From positions 102,864 through 166,863 of the forward strand of contig CAVUUR010000009.1 in NCBI GenBank assembly GCA_963744715.1: 64,000 nt of DNA, written 5' to 3'. This stretch comes from an uncultured bacterium. GTDB taxonomy: Bacteria > Babelota > Babeliae > Babelales > JACPOV01. Each line of letters begins with the position of its first letter. Position 1 is the stretch's first letter. This document shows, piece by piece, positions 61,107-64,000 of the stretch. Under the pieces are notes generated by a model, which had not been told where the DNA came from, ran no database searches, and worked only from the letters and a program-made list of their open reading frames with translations. The position numbers were made by a program, and so were the translations under genes.

Positions 61107-61705
61107 ATGATCTATGTAAGTTTTATAGTTAGAAAAATGAAAAAAAAATTAATTTCTCCGTATCCGATTTATATCAAGAAACTAAGTATTTTAAAAGAAC
61201 TTATTGGTTTTTTTTTAATGATTACATTTATTGCTTATAAAAATAAAGATTTTGGAGACTTTGAACGAATTATTTTTTTGCCATTACTTTTTCTTGGGAT
61301 AATTATGATAATAAATCATCTGCAAAAATTGTTCCAAACAAAGCCAGAGCTTATTATTACTCATGAAGGCATTCACTTTTATAAATTGGGCTTTCTGGCT
61401 TGGCGTGATATAGATAAGATATACATAAGAAATAAAAAATGGTGGCATTATTTCGTAAATTCCATCCAACAATTAGGGAGGATTACTTTTTGTGTATTGC
61501 TGTTACAAAAAATTGGGAGATGCTAAAAATATCAATTTTTAATAGGGGTGCTGGTGTAGTGGTGATCCTTGACGAGAGTACCGAACAAATAATAGTTTCC
61601 CATAAATTGAATATTTCGGCTCAGCGGCTTGAGAAACTATTGAGCGGTGCGGGAATAAAGACATATTCTGGCCAAAATTATTGTGCGTGGGACCGATATA
61701 GATAA
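61107..61705 (+). CDS. Hypothetical membrane protein (probably one gene split by a frameshift)
   Basis: Two TM segments then KPELIIT.EGI...W.DI; overlapping ORF 61439-61705 continues it. Confidence 0.5.
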
Positions 61706-61787
61706 TCTAAACATTCTATTTATTTGTAGCTCATGCTTATCTTTGTTACGATAAGATTAAATATTGTAACATAATAAAGGTAATTCT

Positions 61788-63536
61788 ATGTATTTCAGTG
61801 AAGTTGTAGAGGTTTTTGAGCAGATAAGTCAGGTAAGTTCTCGCATTGAAATTACAAAATATTTGGCAGCTCTGTATAGAAATGCTAGTGCACAGGAAAT
61901 TCAAATTTTATGTAATCTATCGTTAGGGTTACTTCGTCCTCCTTATAAGGGAAATCAATTTAATTTTGCTGAAAAAAATTTATTGAATGTAGTAACGCAA
62001 CTACTTGGTGCATCAGAAAAAGAGATCAAAGAGCAATCTAAAAAAATGGGCGATTTAGGGTTAGTGGTTGCTACACTTGGCACTTGGAAAAGTACGCATA
62101 AGTATACGGTAGAACAAGTGTATGCTGATTTATGTACCCTAGAAGAGGTTAGTGGCAAAGGATCAAGTGAAGAAAAAAGTGAACAAATTTTAACGCTTCT
62201 TAAAAAAGTTTCTCCGTTTGAAGCAAAATATATTATTCGTATCATATTAGGTATTTTGCGCCTTGGTTTTTCTGATATGACCATTATTGATGCACTTTCA
62301 TGGATGGAAGTTGGTAGATAAATCATTGCGTGAACGCATTGAGAATGCGTATAATATTTGTGCTGATATTGGTTTGATTGCAGCAGATATTAAAAGAGCA
62401 GGGATATGAAGGAATTGAAACAATGAACATTACACGTTGGTATCCCAATTCGTCCTGCTGCTGCAGAGCGATTGCCAACGGCAAAAGCCATTGTTGAAAA
62501 GATTGGGCCGTGTGTTGCGCAGCCAAAATTGGATGGATTTCGTTTGCAAATTCATATTGATAAACGCAAGAAAAAACCTAAAATTCATTTTTTTTCACGC
62601 AATTTGCAAGATATGTCAGCAATGTTTCCTGATTTAATGGCAGCATTTGAAAATCTTGACTGTGAAAACAATCATTTGTGAAGGTGAAGCAATTGTCTAT
62701 GATCCTAATACCGGCAGCTTTTTTACAATTTCAAGAAACGGTAAAACGTAAACGAAAACATGGTATTGAAGAGGCAATCAAAGAATTTCCATTGCAAGTA
62801 TTTATATTTGATCTGATGTATTTGAATGGCAAAGATGTTATGAATCATACCCATGAAGAACGCCGTGAATTAGTTATTACAAATTTTTGATGTTAGTAAG
62901 ATCGCATTGTTCATGTTATTGAAGAAAAAAATGTAACTACTGCGCAAAGAGCTTGGAAGATTATTTTAATGACAATATTGCATCAGGCCTTGAAGGTTAG
63001 TGGTAAAGCGACCTGATTGCAATCTATCAACCGGGCAAACGGAATTTTAATTGGATTAAATTAAAACGCCAAGAAGAAGGGCATCTAGAAGATACTATTG
63101 ATTGTGTGATTTTGGTTATTATGCCGGTGAAGGTAAACGCGCGCATTTTGGCATCGGTGCATTTTTAGTTGGTGTTTATAATAAAAAAAAAGATCGTTTT
63201 GAAACGGTTGCAAAAATTGGTACCGGTCTTAAAGATGAAGAATGGAAAGAGCTTAAAAAAAAATGTGATGCAATTACAAGTTGCATGACAACCAAAAAAT
63301 GTTGTTTGTGCAAAAGAATTGTATCCTGATGTTTGGGTGAACCCAGAAATTGTTTGCAGAATTCGTGCTGATGAAATTACCCTCTCGCCATTGCATACTG
63401 CCGGCAAAACTGAAAGCAAATTAGGGTATGCATTGCGATTTCCGCGCTTTATGGGATATCGTCCTGATAAATCAGAAGAAGAAGCAACCACACCACAAGA
63501 ATTAAACGTTTATATGAAGATCAATTTAAAAAATAA
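61788..63536 (+). CDS. lig: ATP-dependent DNA ligase, archaeal/eukaryotic ligase I-like (many apparent frameshifts)
   Basis: N-terminal DNA-binding domain (LRLG), motif I PKLDGFR.Q.H, FSRNL, EGE, FD..Y.NG, EGL..K, WIKLK and LRFPRF...R.DK across frames. Confidence 0.88.
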
Positions 63537-63779
63537 ACGGAAGCAGTTTCTGACTGATTAAATCTTTAAGATTATTTTCAAAAATCCCTATATTTTATCA
63601 CATCTACCAATGCCAATCCAAGGTAATCAAAAACAATTTTTTTTGAAATATCATATTTACATGTATAGGTCAAAAAAATACGTTATAAAATCATTAAAGC
63701 CTATTGTTTACGTATTTATTACGCTATAATCTTTATGTGTTGGCCCTATAAGTAAAAACAAAAAAAACGAATCACCTTC

Positions 63780-64000
63780 ATGAAAAAAATAATGTTTTCC
63801 CTCACTCTATATAGTATCATGCTACAAAGTTATATTAGCTTTTTTGAGGCACGAGGAGCTCTCAAAGCTCCCGCTAACGCGCAAGAAACGATGATACATC
63901 TTGAAAATAATATAACGCTTCCTATCAGCTTAGAAACAGCAACATGGTTACGCAATCATGCTACTGTTCTACAGGAGATGAAAAAAAATTTAGGCGATAA
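63780..64000 (+). CDS. Hypothetical secreted protein, partial (runs off the window)
   Basis: MKKIMFSLTLYSIMLQSYISF... open to the window end. Confidence 0.55.
   Translation, partial: MKKIMFSLTLYSIMLQSYISFFEARGALKAPANAQETMIHLENNITLPISLETATWLRNHATVLQEMKKNLGD

Noticed and set aside
119..63491. Many short antisense or out-of-frame ORFs in the ORF track (e.g. 517-882, 5995-6390, 20898-21347, 46291-46647)
   Set aside because: They overlap well-supported genes and show no motifs; treated as shadow ORFs
63780..64000. Skp1/BTB-like N-terminal domain in the last partial ORF
   Set aside because: Only about 73 codons are visible and the resemblance is too vague to support

Overview
AT-rich bacterial chromosome segment, most likely from Candidatus Dependentiae/Babelota (TM6, intracellular bacteria of protists). 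That assignment is an inference from gene content, the missing rpmD and the many orphan signal-peptide proteins. Bases 1-14.7 kb hold the S10-spc-alpha ribosomal protein cluster (rpsJ to rplQ, with secY, adk, map, infA, rpoA). Bases 15-26 kb hold arrays of paralogous orphan secreted proteins on both sides of sbcC. Housekeeping genes follow (PMM/PGM, nfo, gap, bcp, ogt). An aromatic-amino-acid-type ABC transporter has two substrate-binding genes, each preceded by an unannotated leader-peptide attenuator. At 36.8-40.5 kb is a polymorphic toxin locus: a signal peptide-Hint-glycine zipper-Ntox21-like toxin followed by six immunity-like ORFs. The remainder has three tRNAs, rnhA, a SpoIID-like gene, a putP-like symporter, tatD, HU, serS, hemW, secD, pgsA, plsY and an ATP-dependent DNA ligase. 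Several essential genes are frameshifted, most likely by sequencing or assembly indels. Family assignments come from motif recognition by eye; no searches were run.
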